Shown: piece after piece, positions 1 to 8,702 of the stretch
How positions within the stretch are numbered: position 1 is the first letter of the stretch
Layout of the letters: each line of letters begins with the position of its first letter
Virus record (IMG/VR): IMGVR_UViG_3300014818_000012
Coordinates: 1-56,728 of that record
Origin: a virus
Lineage: Duplodnaviria > Caudoviricetes
DNA length: 56,728 bases
Reading direction: 5' to 3' (one strand)
Position numbers and translations under genes: made by a program
Notes under the pieces: generated by a model
Told to the model about the DNA's origin: nothing
What the model saw: the letters and a program-made list of their open reading frames with translations, nothing else
Databases searched by the model: none

Positions 1-87
1 TGGTTATGGGAACAGCGTGAAGATGGTAAGGGTTTTGATATAGCGGCTACTTTGATTAGGTGGGTTAAGTACCCAGATAGGAGGTAA
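1..87 (+). CDS. 3' end of a CDS entering from outside the window
   Basis: Frame 1 is open from base 1 (WLWEQREDGKGFDIAATLIRWVKYPDRR) to TAA at 85-87 and is followed by a terminator. Confidence 0.5.
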   Translation, partial: WLWEQREDGKGFDIAATLIRWVKYPDRR

Positions 88-92
88 GACAG

Positions 93-127
93 AAATAAAA
101 AAGGGCCTTAAACAGCCCTTTTTATTT
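93..127. terminator. Bidirectional intrinsic terminator
   Basis: AAATAAAAAAGGGC-cttaaaca-GCCCTTTTTATTT between convergent ORFs. Confidence 0.8.
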
Positions 128-136
128 ACTTTTCTA

Positions 137-373
137 TCAAGACTGTAAGGGTGGCGTTGGCTCTTCTTGAACCTTGTCAACCTCTGCTTTTAGTGCTGTG
201 ATAAAACCACTTTCTGACATCGCTAGCTGGTCTAACCGTGCTCGTGCGACAGAGAGTTGTCCACGGATGTCTTCAATCTGCTGTAGACAGTACTTTGAGC
301 TTGCAGACAAGTCCGCAATAACGTAGTCTTTATCATCAATAGTGATAGTAGTTTGGGTTTCTTGGTTTTCCAT
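137..373 (-). CDS. Small coiled-coil phage protein (78 aa)
   Basis: AGGAA RBS, own promoter and terminator; TITIDDKDY...RLDQL pattern resembles small proteins found near phage tail genes. Confidence 0.7.
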   Translation of the reverse strand: MENQETQTTITIDDKDYVIADLSASSKYCLQQIEDIRGQLSVARARLDQLAMSESGFITALKAEVDKVQEEPTPPLQS

Positions 374-425
374 AAGTGGTTCCTAAGTGGTTAAATAAAG
401 TACATTAGTTCAAACTAATGGTGGT

Positions 426-454
426 AGTTTACCTGCCCCTTAAGAGTAAAGCAA
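426..454 (-). promoter_or_regulatory. Sigma70-like promoter for the 137-373 gene
   Basis: Minus strand TTGCTT-17 nt-TAAACT. Confidence 0.5.
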
Positions 455-601
455 TACTTAATAGTACTTTTATGTATAGTTTTTATGAAAACCATAGGTG
501 CCACTGCAGACTACTTAGGGGAGTACCCATCTCCCTACATAGGTAGGGAGTAAGTTAAAGGTAATGGTACTCCGTAGTACATCCCCTCCCTCTAATGGGG
601 G

Positions 602-630
602 TGGAGATCCTTAAGGCGCTATGGTATAAT
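602..630 (+). promoter_or_regulatory. Extended -10 promoter of the lysis cassette
   Basis: TGgTATAAT at 622-630. Confidence 0.55.
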
Positions 631-667
631 ATCAGGTAACTCAGGGTTCCTTAAAGAAGGTCGTGAA

Positions 668-1060
668 ATGTTAGGAATATTTGGCAAAATACTAGGTAGT
701 GATAAAGTTATAACTAAAGCCCTAGACTTAATTGACGATGTTTGGACATCTGATAGCGAGTGTGAAGAAGATAAGCGTTTACTTGTTGCAGCCAAAACCA
801 AAGCTAAGGTAGACTTACTATCTGCATATGCTCCCTTTAAACTTGCCCAGCGGTGGATAGCTTTTGGGTTTACCTTTGTATTTTTATTTATTATGGCTAA
901 TGGAGTATTGGGGGCTATGTATGGAATTATCGATATAGACGCCGTTAAAGCTGCCAAAGCCTTCGCAAATGAGATGTGGCTGGGTGAAATTATGATAGCC
1001 ATTGTGTCTTTTTACTTTGGTGGCGGCCTTGCAGAATCAATTAACCATAAAAGACTATGA
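668..1060 (+). CDS. Holin-like membrane protein (GTA 3TM-holin type)
   Basis: Two hydrophobic segments, C-terminal FYFGG, upstream of the endolysin. Confidence 0.7.
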   Translation: MLGIFGKILGSDKVITKALDLIDDVWTSDSECEEDKRLLVAAKTKAKVDLLSAYAPFKLAQRWIAFGFTFVFLFIMANGVLGAMYGIIDIDAVKAAKAFANEMWLGEIMIAIVSFYFGGGLAESINHKRL

Positions 1061-1389
1061 CTATGAGCACAGAAAACGCAATACGCGATGCAGTAATAAA
1101 ACTGGAAACCAAAATGGAGGTTATGTCAGACTCCATGATATCTATGGCAGACTCCGTCGCCAAACTGACGGACCTCAGGTATGAACTCCTAGCTATTAAA
1201 AAAGACATTGATGCCCTAGCCGCACGTACAGTCAAATCTGAGGATCAGATTGTTTCCTTGTATAAACATCAACGGGCCTTAGAAAAAGTACAGGACAAGA
1301 ATACTTACGTAATAGGTAAGATTGAGGTATTCTGGACAGCCTTGATTACAGGTGGCGCTGCATTTTTATGGTGGTTACTAAAGGTCTAG
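1057..1389 (+). CDS. Coiled-coil protein with C-terminal membrane anchor (lysis cassette)
   Basis: Heptad pattern, then FWTALITGGAAFLWWLL; lies between holin and lysozyme. Confidence 0.65.
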   Translation: MTMSTENAIRDAVIKLETKMEVMSDSMISMADSVAKLTDLRYELLAIKKDIDALAARTVKSEDQIVSLYKHQRALEKVQDKNTYVIGKIEVFWTALITGGAAFLWWLLKV

Positions 1390-1413
1390 GCACTACCCCG
1401 GCATGAGTAACAT

Positions 1414-1830
1414 ATGATGAACCAGAATCTACTAGAACAGCTTAAGAAACACGAAGGTTTTCGTGGTGCCGTGTATAAGTGTACGGCAGGGGCAAATACT
1501 ATAGGCTACGGCAGAAACTTAGATGCTAAGCCACTAACCCCTAGTGAAGCTGAGTACTTACTAAAAAATGATATAACCTACTTTATAGACAGACTTAACA
1601 GTGAAGATTTACTAGAAGGCCACGATGAAGTTAGGCAATCCGTAGTTATAAACATGTGCTTTAACTTAGGATTTAATGGACTATTGGCGTTTAAAAACAC
1701 TCTTCAGTGCTATAGAGATAAGAAGTACGAAGAAGCTGCAGCTGAAATGCTTAACTCCAGGTGGGCTAGGCAAGTATGTGGCAGGGCCCAAGAGCTGGCA
1801 GCACAGATGTCTACTGGCGAGTGGGAATAG
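1414..1830 (+). CDS. Endolysin, GH24/T4-type lysozyme
   Basis: LKKHEG...TIGYGRNL, NMCFNLG and EMLNSRWARQV motifs. Confidence 0.92.
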   Translation: MMNQNLLEQLKKHEGFRGAVYKCTAGANTIGYGRNLDAKPLTPSEAEYLLKNDITYFIDRLNSEDLLEGHDEVRQSVVINMCFNLGFNGLLAFKNTLQCYRDKKYEEAAAEMLNSRWARQVCGRAQELAAQMSTGEWE

Positions 1831-1833
1831 TTA

Positions 1834-1862
1834 ATGACAAATCTTTACGCAATTGGTATAAT
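1834..1862 (+). promoter_or_regulatory. Sigma70-like promoter upstream of portal
   Basis: ATGACA-17 nt-TATAAT with TGn extension. Confidence 0.7.
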
Positions 1863-1897
1863 CAAATCATTACCTGATAGGGTTATCGAAGGAAATC

Positions 1898-3886
1898 ATG
1901 AAAATTAAAAAAGCTGAACTACTTAGCGCCTTAAAGGCTGACCTAAAAGCTGCAGATGTGCTTAAACGTGATCAAGATGGCGCTATAGCTAAATGGAAAG
2001 CTGAGTACAATGGAGACCCTTATGGTAACGAGAAGAAGGGCAAGTCCGCTATTGTATCTAGGGATATTAAAAAGCAGTCTGAGTGGCAACATGCTACTAT
2101 TGTAGACCCCTTTGTAAGCACTAGTGAAGTTATTAAGTGTGTTCCTATTACCTGGGAAGATGAAGACTCCGCCCGACAAAATGAACTATTACTTAACGCT
2201 CAGTTTTGTCGTAAGTTTGATCGATTCAACTTTATGTCTAAAGCAGTAAAGGTACTTGATCGGGAAGGAACTCTAGTTGTACAAACAGGCTGGGACTACG
2301 AAGATGAAGAAGCTACCACTATAGCAGAAGCAGTAGAGATTACCGCTGAAGGTCTAGAGGTTATTGTAGAGCAAGAAGTTACAGAAACTATAATTAAGAA
2401 AAACCAACCAACAGCTAAAGTATGCCGTAACGAAGATGTCTATATTGACCCTACTTGCCAAGACAACCTAGATAACGCACAGTTCGTTATTCATAGATAT
2501 GAAACAGACTTGTCGTCACTTAAGAAAGATGGACGATACAAAAATTTAGATCAGGTAGCCAAGGTTGGTCGTGAAGACTTTGACTATGAGTCGCCCGATG
2601 ATACTGAATTCAGATTCAGTGACGAACCACGCAAGAAGATGGTGGTTTATGAGTACTGGGGCAACTATGATGTAAATGACGATGGTATTGCTGAGCCTAT
2701 TGTATGTGCTTGGATTAACGATGTAATTATTCGTTTACAGTCAAACCCTTACCCTGACGGAAAGCCTCCGTTTATTGTTGTACCTTTTAATAGTATACCT
2801 TTCCAAATTCACGGTGAAGCTAATGCAGAGTTAATTGGGGACAACCAGAAAGTTAAAACCGCCATAATTCGTGGTATTATCGACAACATGTCCCAGTCAA
2901 ATAATGGACAAGTAGCTATCCGTAAAGGCGCACTAGACCAAGTAAACCGCAAGAAGTTCTTAGCAGGTAACAACTTTGAGTTTAACGGTACCCCTAACGA
3001 CTTCTGGCAAGGCAGCTACAACTCTATTCCTGGTTCAGCTTTCGATATGATTGGTTTAATGAACAACGAAATTGAGTCTATTACAGGAACTAAGTCATTT
3101 AGCGGTGGTATTAACTCAGGAAGCCTGGGAGCTACGGCCACGGGTGCTAGAGGTGCTATGGATGCTACTGCAACAAGACGTATGAACATGGTACGTAATA
3201 TTGCAGAGAACCTAGTTAAACCGCTTATTCGTAAATGGATGTCATATAACTCAGAATTCTTAGAAGACGAAGAAGTAGTACGAGTAACTAATACAGAATT
3301 TGTTCCAGTACGTCGTGACGACTTAGACGGACGAATTGACCTAGATATTAGTATATCTACTGCTGAAGATAACGCAGCTAAATCCCAAGAATTATCCTTC
3401 TTGTTACAGACCTTGGGCCCTAATGAGGACCCTACTATTCGCCGTACGATTATGGCAGATATTATGGAACTTATGCGTATGCCAGACCAAGCTAAGCGTG
3501 TTCGTGACTTCAAACCAGAGCCAGATCCGGTACAGGAACAGTTTAAGAAACTTGAGTTAGAGCGTCTTATTCTTGAGAATGAAAAGGTTAAAGCGGAGAT
3601 TATGGATAGAAAAGCTCGTGCAAACGAAAACACTATTGATGCTCAACTTAAGATGAACAAAGCAGCGGTTGAAGCAGCTAAAGCTCGTAAGTTAACTAGC
3701 GAAGCTGATATGACTGACCTTAGGTTTATTAAAGAAGACGAAGGCTACTCTCACTTAGAACGTGTGGAGTTGGAAGACCTTAAGCATACTCAACGTATGC
3801 AATCAACGTCTCTTAAGCATAAAGCTAACCTTGAACAGATGATGGCTCAGCAGTTAGCTGGCGATACAAATATTGGAGTAATATAA
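1898..3886 (+). CDS. Portal protein (N4-like)
   Basis: 662 aa; IKKQSEWQ, IDPTC, YEYWG and TGTKSFSGG motifs recalled from N4-like portals; precedes scaffold and capsid genes. Confidence 0.9.
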   Translation: MKIKKAELLSALKADLKAADVLKRDQDGAIAKWKAEYNGDPYGNEKKGKSAIVSRDIKKQSEWQHATIVDPFVSTSEVIKCVPITWEDEDSARQNELLLNAQFCRKFDRFNFMSKAVKVLDREGTLVVQTGWDYEDEEATTIAEAVEITAEGLEVIVEQEVTETIIKKNQPTAKVCRNEDVYIDPTCQDNLDNAQFVIHRYETDLSSLKKDGRYKNLDQVAKVGREDFDYESPDDTEFRFSDEPRKKMVVYEYWGNYDVNDDGIAEPIVCAWINDVIIRLQSNPYPDGKPPFIVVPFNSIPFQIHGEANAELIGDNQKVKTAIIRGIIDNMSQSNNGQVAIRKGALDQVNRKKFLAGNNFEFNGTPNDFWQGSYNSIPGSAFDMIGLMNNEIESITGTKSFSGGINSGSLGATATGARGAMDATATRRMNMVRNIAENLVKPLIRKWMSYNSEFLEDEEVVRVTNTEFVPVRRDDLDGRIDLDISISTAEDNAAKSQELSFLLQTLGPNEDPTIRRTIMADIMELMRMPDQAKRVRDFKPEPDPVQEQFKKLELERLILENEKVKAEIMDRKARANENTIDAQLKMNKAAVEAAKARKLTSEADMTDLRFIKEDEGYSHLERVELEDLKHTQRMQSTSLKHKANLEQMMAQQLAGDTNIGVI

Positions 3887-4392
3887 TGAGTGCAATAGCT
3901 ACTAGTAAACAAAATGCGGAAAATGCTAAAAAGGCAGCTACACTAGACAAGCTAGTTTCTGCTAAGCAAAGCCAGGATAACGTGGAGATTGCCTTAGACC
4001 AAGGTAGAACTCAAGGTAGAGACGGTCTGATTAGTGAGCTGCGTAGTGTAGCACAACGTCAGGTCCCTGAATGGGCACAACAACAAGCAGCGCAAGAAAG
4101 TCTAGATGCTAATATGCGCAATGGCCTTGACCGCTACCGTCGCGGAGCAAGCGCACCACAAGCGCCTGATACTCCTAGGGGGTTTTTCGGCGGCTTGTAC
4201 GATAGCTTCACAAATAATGCTGCGGACACTCAGGAACAGGACCCTTACGCTGCACAAGCTGCACAGCAACTAGAGAGCTTACGCAACAACGCACGTACTA
4301 ACGCTTTTAACAATGCCCAGCGTATGGGTGACATGTCAGAAGACAATATAAATACTCAAATGATAATAGAAAATAGCAAGGCGGGATTATAA
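3886..4392 (+). CDS. Hypothetical Q/A-rich protein, head module
   Basis: 168-aa ORF coupled to portal by a TAATG overlap. Confidence 0.7.
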   Translation: MSAIATSKQNAENAKKAATLDKLVSAKQSQDNVEIALDQGRTQGRDGLISELRSVAQRQVPEWAQQQAAQESLDANMRNGLDRYRRGASAPQAPDTPRGFFGGLYDSFTNNAADTQEQDPYAAQAAQQLESLRNNARTNAFNNAQRMGDMSEDNINTQMIIENSKAGL

Positions 4393-4643
4393 TGGAAGGT
4401 TTAGCACAACAAATGGCAGGTGCTCCTGCTCAACAACCCCAACCACAACCACAGCAACAACCACAAGTTGACCAAGAAATGCTTCAGCAGGTTATCCAGC
4501 TGTTAATGAATGGAGCGGACCCACAGGAACTAGTTAAACAAGGCATACCTCCTGAGGTAATCATGCAGGCTATTGAGATGCTAGAGCAAGAAATGGCCAC
4601 ACAGCAAGCTCCAGAAGGCCTAGCGCAGTCAATGATAGCATAG
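4392..4643 (+). CDS. Hypothetical Q/P-rich protein, head module
   Basis: 83-aa ORF with TAATG overlap; EGLAQxM at both ends. Confidence 0.75.
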   Translation: MEGLAQQMAGAPAQQPQPQPQQQPQVDQEMLQQVIQLLMNGADPQELVKQGIPPEVIMQAIEMLEQEMATQQAPEGLAQSMIA

Positions 4644-4645
4644 TA

Positions 4646-4789
4646 GTGGAGCAAGGATTAGCGCACCAAATGACCTACGGTGATGGTAAAGGGCAAAATA
4701 CTGTCCACTACTATGCCGGAAAGGTGAAAAAAGGGCGTAATAAAAAGAAAGGTAAGAAGTGTGGCTGCAAAGGGGGTTGCGCTAGGTAG
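4646..4789 (+). CDS. Unannotated small basic, Cys-containing protein (47 aa from GTG, 39 aa from ATG 4670)
   Basis: Manual translation MEQGLAHQMTYGDGKGQNTVHYYAGKVKKGRNKKKGKKCGCKGGCAR; shares GLAxxM with the upstream protein. Confidence 0.6.
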   Translation: MEQGLAHQMTYGDGKGQNTVHYYAGKVKKGRNKKKGKKCGCKGGCAR

Positions 4790-4892
4790 CCTACTTGTTA
4801 TATAATAGTAAAAGGTTAGTAGTAACTACCCCTACAGGCGTTACTATTATTATTTTTAAACTACAAGTATCATTAGATACAAGGATTCATTC

Positions 4893-5186
4893 ATGAATAA
4901 CCTTAACGACCAGCAAATTTTAGAAGTAGAAAATCAGTATTGGGTTGACCTATGGGCATCTTTAGAACGTTTAAAGGGTAACAAGGACTTTAAAAGAGTT
5001 ATCTTAGAAGGATATTTTAAAGATAAAGCGGTTAACGGCGTTAGTTTGTTAGCACGAGATGCAATCGTAGAGGGTGGACATCGGTCTGCTGTTATGGAAG
5101 ACTTAATAGCTATTTCTAGCTTAGAAGACTTCTTTATTACGATAGAGAATTTAGGTGCTATACCTGCCGAACATGAAGACGAATAG
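4893..5186 (+). CDS. Conserved head-module protein (N4 gp58 position)
   Basis: LERLKGNKDFKRVILEGYF motif; lies between portal and scaffold. Confidence 0.75.
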   Translation: MNNLNDQQILEVENQYWVDLWASLERLKGNKDFKRVILEGYFKDKAVNGVSLLARDAIVEGGHRSAVMEDLIAISSLEDFFITIENLGAIPAEHEDE

Positions 5187-5202
5187 TCGAGGGGTATAGA
5201 CC

Positions 5203-6426
5203 ATGCAAGAAGATGATTTATGGGACATGTCTGATGATGATCTTGAAGCGGCCTTTAAGGAAGCACAAGCATCAGAGCAGTCTCCTGATACTGATATAGA
5301 ACATCAAGAATTTGATGCGTCAGAGATATCTGATGAGGAAGTAACTTTAGATGATGAAGTTACAGAAGAAGAAATTGACAATGGTCCTGAACAACCTGAA
5401 GATGAACTTGAGGACTCCGGCCATGATACTAGCGACGAACCTGAAACAGACGTAGCTGCAGAAGAAGACGATACTGAAACAGATGAAGAGACTCCTGACG
5501 AGGACTCTGATGAAGATGAAGTGCCTAGTTCTGATGAAGCTGAAGACGATGATGAGGAAGAGCGACCAGTACAGCCACATAAGTTTCGTGCTAACGGCAA
5601 AGATTATGAGTTTTCAAGCGAAGAGATCGTAGATCAATTCCCTCGTATCTTTGGGCAAGCAATGGATTACACCAAAAAGATGCAAACCATCAAACCTTGG
5701 CGTAAAACTATTGATGCTATTGAAGGCGCAGAGCTTAATCATGATGACGTGAGTCTTATGATAGATGTACTGAAGGGCGACAAAGACGCAATCACTGAAG
5801 TATTAAAGCGAACAGGTACTGATACCCTCGACTTAGATACAGACGCAGATAGCACTTATGTAGCTAAGGATTATGGCCGAGACGCTAGTGCCTTGGCGAT
5901 CAATGATGTCGTAAATGATATCAGTCGAGACGTAGAGTATGCTACGACCCATAATATACTGTCTAAAGATTGGGATGAAAAGTCATGGTCAACCATGGCG
6001 GATAACCCTGAGATGATTCGGTTGCTCCACACAGACGTTAAAAGTGGTATGTACGATACGTTACAGCCCATAGCTGAAAAGCTAAAAGTCTTTGATGGCA
6101 GTAAGCAGTCAGACATAGACTATTATAAAGAAGCTGCTCAACAGCACTTTGCTAAAGTTGCTGAGCAAGAGGCCTACAATGGTCGTCAAGCTGCTAGACA
6201 AGCTACAATGGATACTAAGAAGGCTGCTGCGGAAGCAGAAAGCAAAAGATTAGTGGATGTTAAAGCGAAGTCACAGCAGCGAAGTGCGACTAAGCAAGCC
6301 TCTGCAAAGCGTAAAGCTGCTGCACCTACTAAAAATGCAGGAGCGAGTCGCGATGTAGTTGACTACCTGGATGGTTCAGATGAAGCATTCGATGATTGGT
6401 ATAAGAAACTACAGGATGCGATGTAA
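5203..6426 (+). CDS. Scaffold-like protein (N4 gp57 position)
   Basis: Very acidic N-terminal half, FRANGK and MDYTKKMQ motifs, immediately upstream of the capsid gene. Confidence 0.8.
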   Translation: MQEDDLWDMSDDDLEAAFKEAQASEQSPDTDIEHQEFDASEISDEEVTLDDEVTEEEIDNGPEQPEDELEDSGHDTSDEPETDVAAEEDDTETDEETPDEDSDEDEVPSSDEAEDDDEEERPVQPHKFRANGKDYEFSSEEIVDQFPRIFGQAMDYTKKMQTIKPWRKTIDAIEGAELNHDDVSLMIDVLKGDKDAITEVLKRTGTDTLDLDTDADSTYVAKDYGRDASALAINDVVNDISRDVEYATTHNILSKDWDEKSWSTMADNPEMIRLLHTDVKSGMYDTLQPIAEKLKVFDGSKQSDIDYYKEAAQQHFAKVAEQEAYNGRQAARQATMDTKKAAAEAESKRLVDVKAKSQQRSATKQASAKRKAAAPTKNAGASRDVVDYLDGSDEAFDDWYKKLQDAM

Positions 6427-6437
6427 AAACCATCTTA

Positions 6438-6459
6438 AAGGGAGTAATTTCACTCCCTT
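6438..6459 (+). promoter_or_regulatory. Hairpin in the capsid gene leader
   Basis: AAGGGAGT-aatttc-ACTCCCTT with no U-tract; possible mRNA-stabilising or processing stem. Confidence 0.4.
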
Positions 6460-6486
6460 AACTAGTTATAATTAAGGATTATTACA

Positions 6487-7647
6487 ATGGCTACAAATGT
6501 ATATGGCACAGGTGCTAACAGCACTGCAGGTGCTAACACAGTTACTCACTTCTATGACCGTGCAGGTGTTAAAGCTGCCAACCGCGTAAACGTATATGGC
6601 CAGTTCGCTGATCGTAAGTCTATGCCTAAGAAAATGGGTAAAACGTTCAAGATTTCAAAATTCTTGCACATGTACGATCGCTCTATCAACGATGCAGAAT
6701 TCTCAGCAAATGGCTATTTGTCAGCTCGCTCTGTAGACGAAGTAAACACTGCATTAACAAGTGCAGTACTTGGCGAAGGTGCTGGTGCAGTTAACAAGAA
6801 GTCTTTACAAAAAGTAACAATGGAAACTACTTTAGCTCGTTACGGCGAAATGATTGACTACTCTGATGAGGTTGATTTATTCTCTGAAGATGCTATTCAG
6901 GTTCGTTACCGTGAAGAGTTAGGTGAACTAGCAAACTCTCGTATGGAAGATTTGATCCAACTAGATATGCTTGCAACATCTACTGTAATGTACGCAGGTT
7001 CTGCTACTTCTTTAACTGAGATTGATGAAGACTCAACTGTTTCTTACGATTTAATTCGTAAAGCTGTTCGTAAATTAGTACGTAACCGTGCTCAAAAGAA
7101 CACTCAGCTAGTAGCTGGTGACGTTAAAGTTGATACTCGTTCAGTAGCAAAAGCTTACTACGCAGTTATCGGTGCTAATGTTAAGGGTGATTTAGAAACT
7201 CTTACTCGTGGTACAGTTGCAGCTAACGGTACTACTGAGTTTGTTTACATCCCAGTTCACAAGTATGCTTCTGCTGGTACTATTGCTGAAGGTGAAGTTG
7301 GTGCAATGCACGAAGTTCGTTTCATTGAGTCTGAATCTGCAGTTGTTTATGCAGGTGCTGGTGCAGCTGCTACTACAGCTAACGTTGGTGATTTGGCTTA
7401 TACTGGTACATTAGATACTACAGCTAAATTTGATGCATTCCCTATCTTATTCCCAACTCAAGGCGCTTTTGCTACTGTTGGTCTTAAAGGTCAGGGTAAA
7501 ATTAAGTTTAACTCTAAGTCTCCTGAGCAAGTTGAAAACGCTAACCCTTACGGTACTAACGGTTTCTTCTCTTACAACTTCTTCTACGCAGGTGTTATCC
7601 TGGAAGAAGAAAAATTACTTAAAGTATTAGTTTCTGCGTCTGCGTAG
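6487..7647 (+). CDS. Major capsid protein (N4 gp56-like)
   Basis: MPKKMGKT, GEVG...RFI and PYG..GFFS motifs; strongly biased codons; TAAGGA RBS; terminator downstream. Confidence 0.93.
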   Translation: MATNVYGTGANSTAGANTVTHFYDRAGVKAANRVNVYGQFADRKSMPKKMGKTFKISKFLHMYDRSINDAEFSANGYLSARSVDEVNTALTSAVLGEGAGAVNKKSLQKVTMETTLARYGEMIDYSDEVDLFSEDAIQVRYREELGELANSRMEDLIQLDMLATSTVMYAGSATSLTEIDEDSTVSYDLIRKAVRKLVRNRAQKNTQLVAGDVKVDTRSVAKAYYAVIGANVKGDLETLTRGTVAANGTTEFVYIPVHKYASAGTIAEGEVGAMHEVRFIESESAVVYAGAGAAATTANVGDLAYTGTLDTTAKFDAFPILFPTQGAFATVGLKGQGKIKFNSKSPEQVENANPYGTNGFFSYNFFYAGVILEEEKLLKVLVSASA

Positions 7648-7666
7648 TAACTAACTGGTAGTATTC

Positions 7667-7691
7667 AAAGCCCCTCTTCGGAGGGGTTTTT
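7667..7691 (+). terminator. Intrinsic terminator after the capsid gene
   Basis: GCCCCTC-TTCG-GAGGGGT followed by a T-run. Confidence 0.9.
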
Positions 7692-7701
7692 CATTTATAC
7701 C

Positions 7702-7730
7702 TTTACATTAATTAACCGTTTTTATATAAT
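7702..7730 (+). promoter_or_regulatory. Sigma70-like promoter
   Basis: TTTACA-17 nt-TATAAT. Confidence 0.75.
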
Positions 7731-7783
7731 AAGAAAACTGAATATCTTTTAACATCTAAATAACCTATAAAGGAATTAGAATA

Positions 7784-8275
7784 ATGTCCACACTACAAGA
7801 ATTGAAAAAAGAAGCTGATGAGTTAGGCTTAACATATGGTAAAACTATTGGTGCTAACAGCCTTCAAGAAAAAATTGAAAAGTTTTATGAAGCTCAAGAA
7901 ACATCAGGCCCTGCCTTAGAAGCTACTGTAGCTGAGAGCGTAGTACCTAAAAAAGAACCTGCAGCAGAGCTAGACCCTAAGGTAGCCAAGCGTAGGTCGC
8001 GTGAAAAATCAGCTCGTGAGACTAAGGTTGTTACTATTATTGATAATGATCAAAGAGTTAATAACCAGACTAGTACGTGTACTGTGAATTGCTCAAATGA
8101 ATTTTTTGACCTTGGTACTGTGATTCTTCCACTGAATGAAAAAATCGAAGTAGCACAAGGCCATATTCGTACACTTGATCAGGTAAAAATACCTCTCCAT
8201 GTACGGGATAATAAGACCGGCTTAGCACAAGTTAAGCTGCGCCCTCGTTACACAATTTCATACGAAAATATGTAA
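7784..8275 (+). CDS. Conserved protein (N4 gp55 position)
   Basis: N-terminal LKKEADELGL...IG...LQEKI helical motif; follows the capsid gene as in N4. Confidence 0.75.
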   Translation: MSTLQELKKEADELGLTYGKTIGANSLQEKIEKFYEAQETSGPALEATVAESVVPKKEPAAELDPKVAKRRSREKSARETKVVTIIDNDQRVNNQTSTCTVNCSNEFFDLGTVILPLNEKIEVAQGHIRTLDQVKIPLHVRDNKTGLAQVKLRPRYTISYENM

Positions 8276-8279
8276 CAAC

Positions 8280-8301
8280 AAAAGGGCCTACGGGCCCTTT
8301 T
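8280..8301 (+). terminator. Intrinsic terminator
   Basis: AAAAGGGCC-TACG-GGCCCTTTT. Confidence 0.85.
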
Positions 8302-8327
8302 ATGTATAGAACCTTAAAGGACGAGCT

Positions 8328-8702
8328 ATGAGCTGCGATACCCCTAAATTTAATATTACTAAAGGTTTAGACAATACCTTCATTTTTACCATCAAAGCTG
8401 ACGGGTCTACTCTTCCAATGGAAATTGTGGGTACCGATACGTTTGTAGCTGACCTAGTGCCTCTAGACCCTGCGGACACTACCACAGGCCTTTCAGGTAT
8501 ATCATTATCTTTGCCCAGCGATCTGCTATCTGGCAAAGTCACACTTAACATCAGTGCCGCATCAACTAGTAACCTAGTTTCCGATAAAGGTACAAAAACA
8601 GACCGGTACTACACACGCCCTGTATATAAACTAATTATTAGCTGTACCACAACCAACAACGGTAATTTTATCGCTAAGGTACCAGAAATCTATGTCGACT
8701 AA
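8328..8702 (+). CDS. Small beta-rich virion/tail adaptor protein
   Basis: 124-aa ORF with AAGGA RBS, first gene of the tail cluster. Confidence 0.6.
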   Translation: MSCDTPKFNITKGLDNTFIFTIKADGSTLPMEIVGTDTFVADLVPLDPADTTTGLSGISLSLPSDLLSGKVTLNISAASTSNLVSDKGTKTDRYYTRPVYKLIISCTTTNNGNFIAKVPEIYVD

